NCBI GenBank assembly: GCA_002479075.1
Contig: DLLG01000017.1
Location: 60,198 to 124,197, forward strand
DNA: 64,000 nt
DNA from: Clostridiales bacterium UBA7568
GTDB lineage: Bacteria; Bacillota; Clostridia; Oscillospirales; CAG-272
Reading direction: 5' to 3'
Shown here: piece by piece, positions 20,440-30,467 of the stretch
Layout of the letters: every line of letters begins with the position of its first letter
Position numbering within the stretch: the first letter of the stretch is position 1
Position numbers and translations under genes: made by a program
The notes under the pieces: generated by a model
What the model was told of the DNA's origin: nothing
The model's database searches: none
Seen by the model: the letters and a program-made list of their open reading frames with translations, nothing else

Positions 20440-21371
20440 AGCACCTCTCCGTTCTTCCGCAGCGCCGCAAGTACAGACGAAAAATCGTTCGGAAGCGGGC
20501 ACTCAAAGCGCATTTTTTCCTTTGTTGACGGGTGAACAAGCTCCAACTCCTTTGCGTGCAGGCATTGTCCCGAAATCAGCTTCCCGTATTTTCTCTCCGC
20601 GGGATTTTTCTCCTGACCGTAAAGCGGATCGCCCAGAAGCGGATGCCCTATGCTCTGCATATGCACCCTTATCTGGTGCGTGCGCCCCGTTTCGAGCTCG
20701 CATTTCACATAGCAAAGGCCCGCAGCAAAGTTTTCAATCGGCGTTATATGCGTTATCGCTTCCCTGCCGCCCGTCACTATCGCCATTTTCTTTCTGTCAG
20801 AAGGGTTGCGCCCGATAGGCTTGTCCACGGTGCGCGCCTCCTCGATTCTTCCGAGAGCGACGGCGTGATACACCCTCGATATGCTGTGCGTTTTCAGCTC
20901 CTCCGAAAGAAACAGATGCGCCGCATCGTTTTTCGCAACAACGAGCAGCCCGCTCGTGTCCTTGTCTATCCTATGGACAATTCCGGGTCTTAAAACTCCG
21001 CCGATTCCGGAAAGCGAGCCGCCGCAATGATAGAGCAAAGCGGAGACGAGCGTCCCGCTGTAATTTCCTGCCGCAGGATGAACAACCATCCCCCTCGGCT
21101 TGTTTACAACGATTATGTCGCCGTCCTCATATATTATGTCAAGCGGGATGTTCTCCGCCTGCGCCTCGCAGGCTTTCATCGGAGGATATTCAATCTCAAC
21201 CGTATCCCCGCTCCGCATTTTGTAGTTTTTTTCTTCTTTTCTGCCGCAAACGGTCACACACCCGTCCGAGATGAGCTTCTGCGCATAGGAGCGTGTGATC
21301 TCGTCCGATTCGGACAAGAAAACGTCGAGCCGCACACCCTCCGTATCCGGTCCGACGTTAAGTCTCGTCAT
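20436..21371 (-). CDS. rluD: RluA-family 23S rRNA pseudouridine synthase (RluD-like, S4 domain)
   Basis: Catalytic HRIDKDTSGLLV and TGRTHQIRVH motifs, with an N-terminal S4 domain. Confidence 0.88.
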   Translation of the reverse strand: MTRLNVGPDTEGVRLDVFLSESDEITRSYAQKLISDGCVTVCGRKEEKNYKMRSGDTVEIEYPPMKACEAQAENIPLDIIYEDGDIIVVNKPRGMVVHPAAGNYSGTLVSALLYHCGGSLSGIGGVLRPGIVHRIDKDTSGLLVVAKNDAAHLFLSEELKTHSISRVYHAVALGRIEEARTVDKPIGRNPSDRKKMAIVTGGREAITHITPIENFAAGLCYVKCELETGRTHQIRVHMQSIGHPLLGDPLYGQEKNPAERKYGKLISGQCLHAKELELVHPSTKEKMRFECPLPNDFSSVLAALRKNGEVL

Positions 21372-21885
21372 TTTTTGTCTCCTCCGACGGTTGTTTCTTT
21401 TTCTTATCGTCAGCAAAAAACGTCTTATCTATAAAGACAAGGTAAATAAACATAAGTATCACGCCGACAACAGCGCAGCTGTCCGCAATGTTGAACCTCG
21501 GAAATCCGCTCGGTCCGAAAATGACGTTCAGAAACGGCAGATAAATGAAATCTATAACGTATCCGAGGAAGATACGGTCTATCATATTGCCGATCGCCCC
21601 GCCGATTATAAGCGAAAGCGAAAATCCGAAAAGGAAATGCAGGTTTCTGTATTTGTAAAGAATTATCGGCAGAACGACGATAGCGATCGCCGTAATCGCC
21701 ATAAACACCCAGCGGTGATCGCTGAGTATTCCCCAGGCGGCGCCCTCGTTTCTTATATATTCAAGCTCGAATACCCCTTTTATGACGGGTATTCTCTCAT
21801 AAAGCTCCATTCCGCCCGCAACGAGTTTCTTTGTCAGAAAGTCGAGCGCAACGGAAAGAACAATGATAATCGTCCATAAAAGCAT
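21358..21885 (-). CDS. lspA: Signal peptidase II
   Basis: NEGAAWG and GGAIGNMIDR motifs. Four TM segments. Confidence 0.9.
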   Translation of the reverse strand: MLLWTIIIVLSVALDFLTKKLVAGGMELYERIPVIKGVFELEYIRNEGAAWGILSDHRWVFMAITAIAIVVLPIILYKYRNLHFLFGFSLSLIIGGAIGNMIDRIFLGYVIDFIYLPFLNVIFGPSGFPRFNIADSCAVVGVILMFIYLVFIDKTFFADDKKKKQPSEETKNDET

Positions 21886-21902
21886 TTAAAAGCCCCTCAA
21901 AA

Positions 21903-22748
21903 TCAATCGTTATCCGAAAGAGAATCGCTTTCGGAATCAAAATCAAAACTCATCTGAACGCCGCTCTCGCGCCTTGCTGCTACAGCACCCGGCATTTCGT
22001 ATTCGTCAAGCAGGTCCATAACGGCGGCTTTTCTGCCGTATGAACCGCTTTTTCTTCGTCCGCTACGGACGTGCGGTTTTTCCTCTGCGGTGTTTTGTGG
22101 CACACTCTCTTCTTGTTTTGCGGCTTCGGCGGTCGCTTCTTCCGCATTGTTTTTATCATCTGTATCCGGCGTGTCGTCAAGCCGACCTATGTCAAAGCCG
22201 TCAAGGTTGATCCCGAACTCCTCCGAAACGTCGCGGTTCATCGTCGAAATAACCCTTTCGACATACTGCTCCGGCGTCAGATCCTCCTCGTATTCAAACA
22301 CGGGAGAAATGCGCTCGATAAGCTCGATATGCAGGCGGTAACGCTCAAAAAGCTCGTTTTTGAAAACGAGAATGTTCTCCTGCATAGATGAAAGCGCCGC
22401 CTTCTGAGCCTCGGTCTTATCACGGAAGCTGCGCAGAATCTTATCGCAACTGCGCTTTATCGAGGCAAGAATCGCATCGGATCTTTCATATGCGTCCGCA
22501 ACTATTTTATCTGCCGCCGCTCTCGCCGTTTCAAGCGTCTGCTTTGCCTTTTCATCCTCGCCGGAAACATCCGCAAGCCGCATTTTTGTTTCCGCGAGCT
22601 CGTGCTCAAGTTTCGCGCGGTCACGGTAAAGCGCGTTATAATTTTCCGTAAGCGCGTTTATATAATTGTCCACCTCGCCGACATCGTAGCCTCTGAACGT
22701 CTTTCTGAAGTTACGCCCTGTGCCGCCCTTTTGTGATTGCAATGCCAT
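21903..22748 (-). CDS. divIVA: DivIVA-domain protein
   Basis: N-terminal FRKTFRGYDVGEVDNYI lipid-binding domain followed by a coiled coil and an acidic tail. Confidence 0.8.
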   Translation of the reverse strand: MALQSQKGGTGRNFRKTFRGYDVGEVDNYINALTENYNALYRDRAKLEHELAETKMRLADVSGEDEKAKQTLETARAAADKIVADAYERSDAILASIKRSCDKILRSFRDKTEAQKAALSSMQENILVFKNELFERYRLHIELIERISPVFEYEEDLTPEQYVERVISTMNRDVSEEFGINLDGFDIGRLDDTPDTDDKNNAEEATAEAAKQEESVPQNTAEEKPHVRSGRRKSGSYGRKAAVMDLLDEYEMPGAVAARRESGVQMSFDFDSESDSLSDND

Positions 22749-22852
22749 AAACTCAAGCCCTTTCGTTTGTTTTGATCAAAAGCATCTCCGCGCCTCAATA
22801 TAAAACTTGACGGGGCGGCAACGCCCCGTCCGTTTATAAAGCCTATGTAAGA

Positions 22853-23329
22853 TCAATAAAGAGTGTCGCCGGAGAACTGGGCGGGCTGAGGAGCGGTTTC
22901 CGTTTCCGATGCAACTGCGCCAGTGCGTGCTTCGGGAGAAACTCTCATCTGATCGCCGGAAACGGCAACGTTATCGGGAGTGATAACGAATGTGTTGTTT
23001 GCAACTCTCTTGAGCTGACCGCCGATGGAATAAGCAACGCCGGAGAGGAAGTCAAGAATTCTTCTTGCCGTCTCTTTGTTTGTCGCTTCAAGATTGAGAA
23101 CGACCGTGCGGTTGTTGAGAAGGTGATCTGCGATCTGTCTTGAATTTACGAATGTGTCGGGTCTTACAACCTTGAGTTCTATCGAAGAAGCGTTGAGGCT
23201 CACGCCGCGATTGACGTTACGAGCGGGAACGTCGCTATCGTCATATCCTGCGCCCATATCGTCATCTTCGTATACGTCTTCTGCTTCGCCGCCGTTTACC
23301 ATTGTTTTGATCTTATCGAATAATCCCAT
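22853..23329 (-). CDS. sepF: Cell division protein SepF
   Basis: The C-terminal core VVLNLEATNKETARRILDFLSGVAYSIGG is typical of SepF. Position is also consistent, upstream of divIVA. Confidence 0.88.
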   Translation of the reverse strand: MGLFDKIKTMVNGGEAEDVYEDDDMGAGYDDSDVPARNVNRGVSLNASSIELKVVRPDTFVNSRQIADHLLNNRTVVLNLEATNKETARRILDFLSGVAYSIGGQLKRVANNTFVITPDNVAVSGDQMRVSPEARTGAVASETETAPQPAQFSGDTLY

Positions 23330-23532
23330 TTTATACCTCCGAAATATTTGAATTCTTTTTATTTTTCAGTTCAAAGCGGGGGTATTTCCCCTATACTTCC
23401 GCCGATAATATATTATAACATATACATATAGCAATTTGCAATCGGTTTTTGATAAAATTTTTATATTTTTTATAACAATTTACGGAAATCTCCGCCTTGT
23501 CCCCCGCAAAAGAATATTCGGCTCGGAAAATC

Positions 23533-23563
23533 AAAAAACGCCGGTAAAAAACCGGCGTTTTTC
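23533..23563. terminator. Bidirectional rho-independent terminator
   Basis: aacgccgg-taaaaaa-ccggcgtt, flanked by an A-run and a T-run. Confidence 0.7.
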
Positions 23564-23575
23564 TTTTATGGGATT

Positions 23576-23884
23576 TTATAAAATCGTGTTCAGAATCGTC
23601 ATTGCGGTGCTGCCGCCGTCCGGGATGAACTTACTGAAAACAAGCCCCAGAATTCCGGCGGATGCCAGAATAATGATGAATATGATAAAAAGTATAGCGC
23701 TGCAGAAAAACGAACGCGCATAGTTTCTGCGGTTTATGTTTGATCCGTCAAGCGAATAGATCACGAGGAACACAAAGCCCACGACGGGTACCGCAAAGAG
23801 TATCGAGTATGCAAAATATTCCCACATTCCGAGCGGGCGATATTTGCTTGGCAGTCTGTCGGCTGTGATTTTTCCGTTATCCAT
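23576..23884 (-). CDS. Small 3-TM membrane protein (hypothetical)
   Basis: Start moved to the ATG at 23884, which follows ggaggg; this removes the overlap with upp. No family recognised. Confidence 0.4.
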   Translation of the reverse strand: MDNGKITADRLPSKYRPLGMWEYFAYSILFAVPVVGFVFLVIYSLDGSNINRRNYARSFFCSAILFIIFIIILASAGILGLVFSKFIPDGGSTAMTILNTIL

Positions 23885-23903
23885 ACTTCCCTCCGAAAAA
23901 TTT

Positions 23904-24533
23904 TTATTTTGTTCCGAAAAGTCTGTCGCCGGCGTCTCCGAGGCCGGGGATGATATAAGCGTGGTCATTGAGTCTTTCGTCAACAGCCGCTGTGTAAATA
24001 TCGACGTCCGGATGTGTCTCCTGAACCTTCTTTATGCCCTCGGGTGCGGAAACGAGACATTCAAAGCGGATGTTTGTGCAGCCGTGCTGTTTGAGCATTG
24101 TGATGGCGTCAGCCGCGCTGCCGCCTGTTGCGAGCATAGGGTCAACAACGATAACTATTCTCTCGCCGATGTCCGTCGGCAATTTGCAATAGTATTCGTG
24201 AGGCTCGTGCGTATCGGGATCTCTGTAAAGTCCGATGTGTCCGACCTTTGCAACGGGAACAAGGTCGAGCAGTCCGTCAACCATTCCGAGACCCGCTCTG
24301 AGTATCGGCACAATGGCAACCTTCTTTCCCGAAATGACCTTTGCCGTCATTTTCTGAATGGGCGTATCGATTTCGATGTCTTCGAGGGGCAGGTCGCGCG
24401 TGACCTCATAGCCCATAAGCATAGAGATCTCCTTGAGAAGCTGGCGGAAGTCCTTCGGACCTGTCTCCGTCATTCTCATATGCGTCAACTTGTGCTGGAT
24501 AAGCGGGTGGTTGATTACGTGAAGTTCGCTCAT
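23904..24533 (-). CDS. upp: Uracil phosphoribosyltransferase
   Basis: The PRPP-binding loop [12 protein letters not shown] and the C-terminal [16 protein letters not shown] are diagnostic. Confidence 0.96.
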   Translation of the reverse strand: MSELHVINHPLIQHKLTHMRMTETGPKDFRQLLKEISMLMGYEVTRDLPLEDIEIDTPIQKMTAKVISGKKVAIVPILRAGLGMVDGLLDLVPVAKVGHIGLYRDPDTHEPHEYYCKLPTDIGERIVIVVDPMLATGGSAADAITMLKQHGCTNIRFECLVSAPEGIKKVQETHPDVDIYTAAVDERLNDHAYIIPGLGDAGDRLFGTK

Positions 24534-24644
24534 TTTTTCATCTCCTGACCTTTCCGATTTTTCGGAAATTTATTTTCACTTTTTATTATAAAACAAAGGC
24601 GCGTTTTAATCAATAGCAAAAACGCACCTTTTTTCATCGAATAT

Positions 24645-25598
24645 TCAGATATTTTTTAGGAAAGGTATCTCATCTTTGCCGAGCTCGATTGTTTTTCCGC
24701 GCAGATTCTCAAGCGGAGCGGAAACGTCGTCCCCGAAAATCGCCTTATAGGCGCAAAGCGACTGGCGGTATATCCCCTTTTTTCTGTCCCCGCTGTTTTC
24801 TGCATATTTCCCGTCTCCGATGAGCGGATGACCGATACTTGCCATATGCGCGCGTATCTGATGAGTTCTTCCCGTTACCAGCTCAACCTCAAGCAAGGCA
24901 TTTTCGCCTTCAACGCTTATGACGCGGTATTTTGTGACAATTCCCTTTGCGTCTCCGGAGCGGGGCTTTTTCTCAAAAACACGGACCGTGTTCTTCTCGC
25001 CGTCCTTTATCAGGTACCCGCGGAGCGCGTCCTCCCTCTTTGCGGGAACGCCGTGCACAAGGCAGAGATAAAACTTGCCTATCTTCCTCTCCTTGACAGC
25101 CTCGTTCATCGCTCGCAGAGCGGCGGCGTTCTTCGCCGCAAAAACGATACCGCAGGTGTTGCGGTCGATACGGTTGCAAAGAGCGGGAGCAAAGGAATTT
25201 TCTTTTTCCTCGTCATATTCGCCCTTTTGCCAGAGGTATGCCTTTATCTGCTCGATGAGCGTGTTCTGCTCGCCCTCCTCGTCGCTATGGCAGAGGAGTC
25301 CGACGGGCTTGTTTGCGACGATTATGTTCTCATCCTCATAAACGATGCCGAAAACCGGCTTGATTTTCTTATAAAAAGCGTCGCTTTCGCGCGGAAAGAA
25401 TTCGTCGCTTATAAAGAGCAGAATTTCGTCCCCCTCGCAGAGCATCTGCCCGATCTCCGCCCGCTTTCTGTTCACCTTTATCTTCTTCGTCCTGATGAAC
25501 TTATACATAAGTGATTTCGGAAGCAGGGGGTACGCCTTTGAAAGGAACTTGTCCAGTCTCTGCCCTGCGTCGTTACGGTTTATATAAACTTTTCTCAT
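24645..25598 (-). CDS. RluA-family pseudouridine synthase (second copy, S4 domain)
   Basis: Motifs NRIDRNTCGIV and TGRTHQIRAH. The start at 25598 directly abuts the mtaB stop. Confidence 0.85.
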   Translation of the reverse strand: MRKVYINRNDAGQRLDKFLSKAYPLLPKSLMYKFIRTKKIKVNRKRAEIGQMLCEGDEILLFISDEFFPRESDAFYKKIKPVFGIVYEDENIIVANKPVGLLCHSDEEGEQNTLIEQIKAYLWQKGEYDEEKENSFAPALCNRIDRNTCGIVFAAKNAAALRAMNEAVKERKIGKFYLCLVHGVPAKREDALRGYLIKDGEKNTVRVFEKKPRSGDAKGIVTKYRVISVEGENALLEVELVTGRTHQIRAHMASIGHPLIGDGKYAENSGDRKKGIYRQSLCAYKAIFGDDVSAPLENLRGKTIELGKDEIPFLKNI

Positions 25599-26908
25599 TT
25601 GCCTTCGTCCTCGCACAGTGCGCCGTAGGCGCACCCGTTTTTATAGTCCATAGCTACACATTTCACGATTTTCCCCAGCAGACATTCGTCCGATTTTATC
25701 TTCACATCCAGCATATTCTGCGCGTGGCCGAAATAATATTCGTCCTGCTTTTCCTCGATAAGAACGTAAAGCGGGGTCCGCTTTTCAATGTAGCTTTTAT
25801 ATACTTTTTCGGAAATCACCTCTCCGGCAGCGGCAAGCTCCGAGCATCTTCTGATCTTTGTTTCGGGCGGAATTTTGTCCGTCATCTTCTCCGCTTCCGT
25901 GCCCGCCCGGTCCGAATAAGGGAAGATATGAATGTGATAAAGCCCGATGTCCTCGCAAAGGCGGCACGTCTCTCTGAAATCCTCCTCCGTCTCTCCCGGG
26001 AAGCCGACTATCACATCTGCCGAAAATTCCGCGTCCGGGAATACCGTTCTTATCATCGCAACCGACCTTCTGACCATATCGGGGTTATATTTCCGTCGCA
26101 TTTTTTTCAGCACCTCCGCGCTCCCGCTCTGGAGCGAAAGATGAAACGAAGGTAAAAATCCGCGGCAGTTTTTAAGCGAATTTATGAGCTTTTCATTCAG
26201 CACGGAAGGCTCAAGCGACGCAAGCCTGACGCGCTCCGCCCCGCTTTCGCAAGCCGCCCGGACAGCGTCCGCAAGCGTATAGTCCTTGCCGTCTCTGCCG
26301 TATGACGCAACCTCGATTCCCGTCAGCACTATTTCCCTGCACCCGCTCCGGACGATCGCCTTCGCCTCTGCTCCGATCTCCTCGGGATCACGCGAAACGA
26401 CACTTCCCCTCGCCCTGCGGATTATGCAATAGGCACAATGATTATCGCACCCGTCCTCAATTTTCAGATACGCTCTGTCGCCCTTGAAATGCCCCATAAA
26501 CATCTTTTCCATAGGCACTCCGGCAAGCTCTCCGACCTCGGTCTTTCTCTCGAAGCCGCCCATAACAGCACGAACGGCAAAGTCGACGGCGGCAAGCTTG
26601 TTTCTTGTCCCGCAGACGAAATCCGCCCCGAGCTCAAACGCCTTCTGCGGGTTTATCTGGCAATAGCAACCCATAGCGATGACAACGGCTTGCGGATTTA
26701 AATGCTTCCCGCGCCTTATGAACTGCCGCGACTTTCTGTCCGCCTCTGCCGTAACGGAGCAGGTATTGACTATATAAACATCGGCTTTTTCGCCCGGATC
26801 GCATATTTCAAAGCCGTTTTCCGCAAGTCTCTCGCAGACCACGTCCGACTCATATTGATTTGTCCTGCAACCCAGCGTATATATCGCCGCTCTCGGTTTT
26901 CTTTCCAT
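25595..26908 (-). CDS. mtaB: tRNA methylthiotransferase, MtaB-type radical SAM enzyme
   Basis: N-terminal UPF0004 domain (YTLGCRTNQYES), radical-SAM CDNHCAYC motif and a C-terminal TRAM-like domain. Confidence 0.85.
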   Translation of the reverse strand: MERKPRAAIYTLGCRTNQYESDVVCERLAENGFEICDPGEKADVYIVNTCSVTAEADRKSRQFIRRGKHLNPQAVVIAMGCYCQINPQKAFELGADFVCGTRNKLAAVDFAVRAVMGGFERKTEVGELAGVPMEKMFMGHFKGDRAYLKIEDGCDNHCAYCIIRRARGSVVSRDPEEIGAEAKAIVRSGCREIVLTGIEVASYGRDGKDYTLADAVRAACESGAERVRLASLEPSVLNEKLINSLKNCRGFLPSFHLSLQSGSAEVLKKMRRKYNPDMVRRSVAMIRTVFPDAEFSADVIVGFPGETEEDFRETCRLCEDIGLYHIHIFPYSDRAGTEAEKMTDKIPPETKIRRCSELAAAGEVISEKVYKSYIEKRTPLYVLIEEKQDEYYFGHAQNMLDVKIKSDECLLGKIVKCVAMDYKNGCAYGALCEDEGK

Positions 26909-26978
26909 AGCTTTCTCCAAAATAAAATGAGATGACCTTTATCATCTCATTTTACACCATATTTATTATAAAGTCAAT

Positions 26979-28169
26979 TCAATTCGGAGGAGAACATAAA
27001 AACCAACTGCCGAGTTTTTTCAGCATAGACCAGAAATTTATCTTTTCAACAGTCTCCGCCGCCAGAATATCTGCCGTGCCGACGCTTTTTCCGTCCAGCA
27101 TATAGGTCACCGTGCCGATTTTCTCCCCCTTTGCAATCGGTGCCGTCAGCTTTTCGGGAACATCTGTCATCTTTTCAATCTTCGATGCATCTCCCTTTGA
27201 AACGACTGTCGAAAAACCTTGGCTTACACCATTTACCGTATTTTCCTTTCCTCCCGTGACCTTTATCCCCTCAAACTCCTCCGGCTCATCCGTATAAACG
27301 GAATAATTTGCAAAACCGAAATCAAAAAGCGACTTTGCCGCTTCGTTGCGGATGTCCCTCGTCGGTGCCGCCATAATAACGGCGATCAGGTTAAGCCCGC
27401 CGCGCTCCGCCGTTGCGCTGATACAGAATTTTGCCTTTGCCGTCGAGCCTGTTTTCAGCCCCGTTGCACCTTTATAAAAGCGGATCAGACGGTTTGTATT
27501 TGTCAGTCCGAAAGCTCCGTCACGTATGGTGTCCATCCAGAGCGTCGAATAATTATAAACCAGCTCGTGACTGATGACCTCGCGGGATATTATCGCTATA
27601 TCGCGCGCAGACATCGTGTGGCTTGTCGCCGTGTCGTCAAGACCCGTAGGGTTTTCGAAATGCGTGTTTTTGCAGCCAAGTTCCTTTGCCCGCTCGTTCA
27701 TCCGCGCAACAAATGCCTCCTCGCTCCCGCAAACATACTCTGCAAGAGCAACAGCCGCATCATTGGCGGAAGCGACTATCATACTTTTGAGCAGATCGCT
27801 TACGCTCATCGTCTCGCCGGGCGCAAGAAAAACCTGCGAACCGCCCATCGACGCCGCATTCTCGCTGACGGAAACCATTTCGTCGAGAGAGATTTTGCCC
27901 GAGTCGATCGCTTCAAGAACGAGGAGCATCGTCATCGTTTTTGTGACGGATGCCGGCGGAAGGGGCTCGTCTGCATTCTGCTCATAAAGCACAGTGCCGC
28001 TTCCCGCTTCCATTAAAATCGCGCTGACAGCATCGACCTTTTTTCCGTATTCAACAGCCGCAGGCGCATCAGCAGAGACCTCCGTATCCCCTCCGCCTCC
28101 AGCAAAAGCGCAGAGCGAAAACGCAAATGCCAGAATCGCCGCCGTTATAACCGATATGTATTTTTTCAT
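26979..28169 (-). CDS. D-alanyl-D-alanine carboxypeptidase (PBP5 / DacB-like)
   Basis: Signal peptide. SVTK, SAND and KTGST active-site motifs. C-terminal PBP5_C-like domain. Confidence 0.9.
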   Translation of the reverse strand: MKKYISVITAAILAFAFSLCAFAGGGGDTEVSADAPAAVEYGKKVDAVSAILMEAGSGTVLYEQNADEPLPPASVTKTMTMLLVLEAIDSGKISLDEMVSVSENAASMGGSQVFLAPGETMSVSDLLKSMIVASANDAAVALAEYVCGSEEAFVARMNERAKELGCKNTHFENPTGLDDTATSHTMSARDIAIISREVISHELVYNYSTLWMDTIRDGAFGLTNTNRLIRFYKGATGLKTGSTAKAKFCISATAERGGLNLIAVIMAAPTRDIRNEAAKSLFDFGFANYSVYTDEPEEFEGIKVTGGKENTVNGVSQGFSTVVSKGDASKIEKMTDVPEKLTAPIAKGEKIGTVTYMLDGKSVGTADILAAETVEKINFWSMLKKLGSWFLCSPPN

Positions 28170-28237
28170 ATTCTTCTTCCTTTCGCTTTGTCTTGGTAAA
28201 GAATATGAAGGTCGCGCCGCATTTATTCCGAATAAAG

Positions 28238-28264
28238 CAAAAAACGGACGGCAACCGCCGTCCG
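28238..28264 (-). terminator. Rho-independent terminator of tpiA
   Basis: cggacggc-aacc-gccgtccg, with a T6 run on the minus strand. Confidence 0.8.
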
Positions 28265-28280
28265 CTTTGATACTTTTTGC

Positions 28281-29051
28281 TTATTTCTGAGCCGCTGTGA
28301 TTATCGTTGTGAAATCCAGAACCTTGAGCGAAGCTCCGCCGATAAGTCCGCCGTCGATGTCCTTCATAGAGAGGAGCTCGTCTGCGTTCTTTGCGTTCAT
28401 AGAGCCGCCGTACTGGATTGTCATTCCGAGAGCAGTCTTTTCGTCATAAATGCCTGCAACAACTTCGCGGATAGCCGCGCAGACCTCTTCAGCCTGCTCT
28501 GCCGTCGCCGTTTTGCCGGTGCCGATAGCCCAAACGGGCTCATATGCGATTATAACGTTCTTTGCCTGCTCCGCCGCTACACTCATAAGAGCGATCTTTG
28601 TCTGGCGGGAAACGGTCTCCGTTGTGATGTTCTGCTCGCGCTCCGTGAGCGTTTCGCCGACGCAAAGGATGACCTTGAGTCCTGCATTGAGAGCGGCAAG
28701 CGTTCTCTGGTTGACGGTTACATCCGTCTCGCCGAAGTACTGTCTTCTTTCGCTATGACCGATGATAACGTATTCCGTGCCGACAGCGCAGAGCATTTCA
28801 GCGGAGATTTCGCCCGTGTATGCTCCCTTTTCGGCAAAGTGAACGTTTTCCGCGCCGATTTTTATGTTTGTACCTTCCGCAGCCTTGACAGCCGTTGCAA
28901 TGTCAACAAACGGCACGCAGAGAACGATTTCGCAGCCGTTCATAGAAGCGACAGCGGGAGCAAGCTCCTTTATGAAAGCCTCCGTAGCCGCGGGGGTCAT
29001 ATTCATCTTCCAGTTGCCGGCGATAACGGCTTTTCTGTTTGTCTTATCCAT
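28281..29051 (-). CDS. tpiA: Triose-phosphate isomerase
   Basis: AGNWKMN, IIGHSERR and AYEPVWAIGTG motifs. Confidence 0.96.
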   Translation of the reverse strand: MDKTNRKAVIAGNWKMNMTPAATEAFIKELAPAVASMNGCEIVLCVPFVDIATAVKAAEGTNIKIGAENVHFAEKGAYTGEISAEMLCAVGTEYVIIGHSERRQYFGETDVTVNQRTLAALNAGLKVILCVGETLTEREQNITTETVSRQTKIALMSVAAEQAKNVIIAYEPVWAIGTGKTATAEQAEEVCAAIREVVAGIYDEKTALGMTIQYGGSMNAKNADELLSMKDIDGGLIGGASLKVLDFTTIITAAQK

Positions 29052-29069
29052 TATAAATCGCCTCCGCAA

Positions 29070-30371
29070 TTATTTATCAAGCAGGCAAGCTATTCCGGGG
29101 AGCTCCTTGCCTTCAAGGAATTCAAGGGACGCGCCGCCGCCTGTCGAGATGTGCGTCATCTTGTCGGCATAGCCGAGTTTTTCAACTGCTGCAGCAGAGT
29201 CGCCGCCGCCGATGATCGATACAGCACCGCTGTTTGCGATAGCTTCCGCAACTGCGCAAGTGCCGCCTTCGAAGTTCTTCCATTCGGAAACGCCCATAGG
29301 TCCGTTCCAGACTACCGTTCCTGCTCCTGCGATTGTCTTTGAGAAGAGCTCTCTTGTCTTATCGCCGATGTCAAGACCCATCCAACCGTCCGGGATAGCG
29401 TTTGAATACATTCTCATATGAACGGTGTTCTCGTCATACTCTCTGCCGATGATGTTATCAACGGGGAGAATGAAGCTGACGCCCTTTGCTCTTGCCTTTT
29501 CAACAGTTGCCTTTGCAACGTCGAGCTTGTCGTATTCGCAGATGGAGGTACCGACGTTCTGACCGAAAGCCTTGAAGAACGTGTAAGCCATACCGCCGCC
29601 GATGATAAGCGTATCAACCTTGTCTATAAGGTTCTCGATAACGCCGATCTTATCGGATACCTTTGCGCCGCCGAGAACAGCGACAAACGGTCTCTTCGGG
29701 TCTTCGAGCGCCTTGCCCATAATTGTGATTTCTTTCTGAATGAGGTAACCGCAGACAGCGGGAAGTCCGCCGTACATAGCAACGCCTGCCGTTGAAGCGT
29801 GAGCTCTGTGAGCCGTGCCGAAAGCGTCGTTTACGAATACGTCGCCGAAGGCTGCGAGCTTCTTTGAGAATTCCTCATCATTCTTCTCTTCCTTCTTTGT
29901 GAAACGTGTGTTCTCAAGAAGAACGATCTTTCCGCCTTCGAGAGCGGCAACCTTTGCCTGAGCGTCCTCGCCGACTGTGTCCTCTGCGAATGTTACGATG
30001 CCGCCGAGATACTCATTAAGTCTGTCAGCAACGATCTTGAGAGAGAACTTCTGCTTGTCGCCCTGAGCTTTTTCGATGTATTTTGCCGTAGCTGCTTCTC
30101 TTTCCTCTTCGGGAAGAGCCGCAACAGCCGCAGCTTCCTTCTTTGAGAGCTTGATCTCTTTGTCAAAAATGTTGTGGGGCTTGCCCATATGGGAGCAAAG
30201 AACAACCTTGCAGTTCTTCTCAACAAGATATTTGATCGTCGGAAGAGCTTCTGTTATTCTCTTGTCACTTGTGATCGCTCCGTCCTTTACGGGTACGTTG
30301 AAGTCGCATCTTACAAGGACTCTTTTGCCGGCAACGTCGATATCTTCTATCGACTTTTTGTTGTAAGTCAT
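29070..30371 (-). CDS. pgk: Phosphoglycerate kinase (with ~34-aa insertion after the SHMGKP strand)
   Basis: Start moved to [27 protein letters not shown]. Motifs [12 protein letters not shown] and GGGDSA. Confidence 0.95.
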   Translation of the reverse strand: MTYNKKSIEDIDVAGKRVLVRCDFNVPVKDGAITSDKRITEALPTIKYLVEKNCKVVLCSHMGKPHNIFDKEIKLSKKEAAAVAALPEEEREAATAKYIEKAQGDKQKFSLKIVADRLNEYLGGIVTFAEDTVGEDAQAKVAALEGGKIVLLENTRFTKKEEKNDEEFSKKLAAFGDVFVNDAFGTAHRAHASTAGVAMYGGLPAVCGYLIQKEITIMGKALEDPKRPFVAVLGGAKVSDKIGVIENLIDKVDTLIIGGGMAYTFFKAFGQNVGTSICEYDKLDVAKATVEKARAKGVSFILPVDNIIGREYDENTVHMRMYSNAIPDGWMGLDIGDKTRELFSKTIAGAGTVVWNGPMGVSEWKNFEGGTCAVAEAIANSGAVSIIGGGDSAAAVEKLGYADKMTHISTGGGASLEFLEGKELPGIACLLDK

Positions 30372-30467
30372 TTTTATATACCTCGCTAATTTTAAGATTT
30401 TCTTATGTAGTATATCATCTTTATTTTGCTTTTTCAATATATAAAATGATAATTTTCGTCGAAATTA

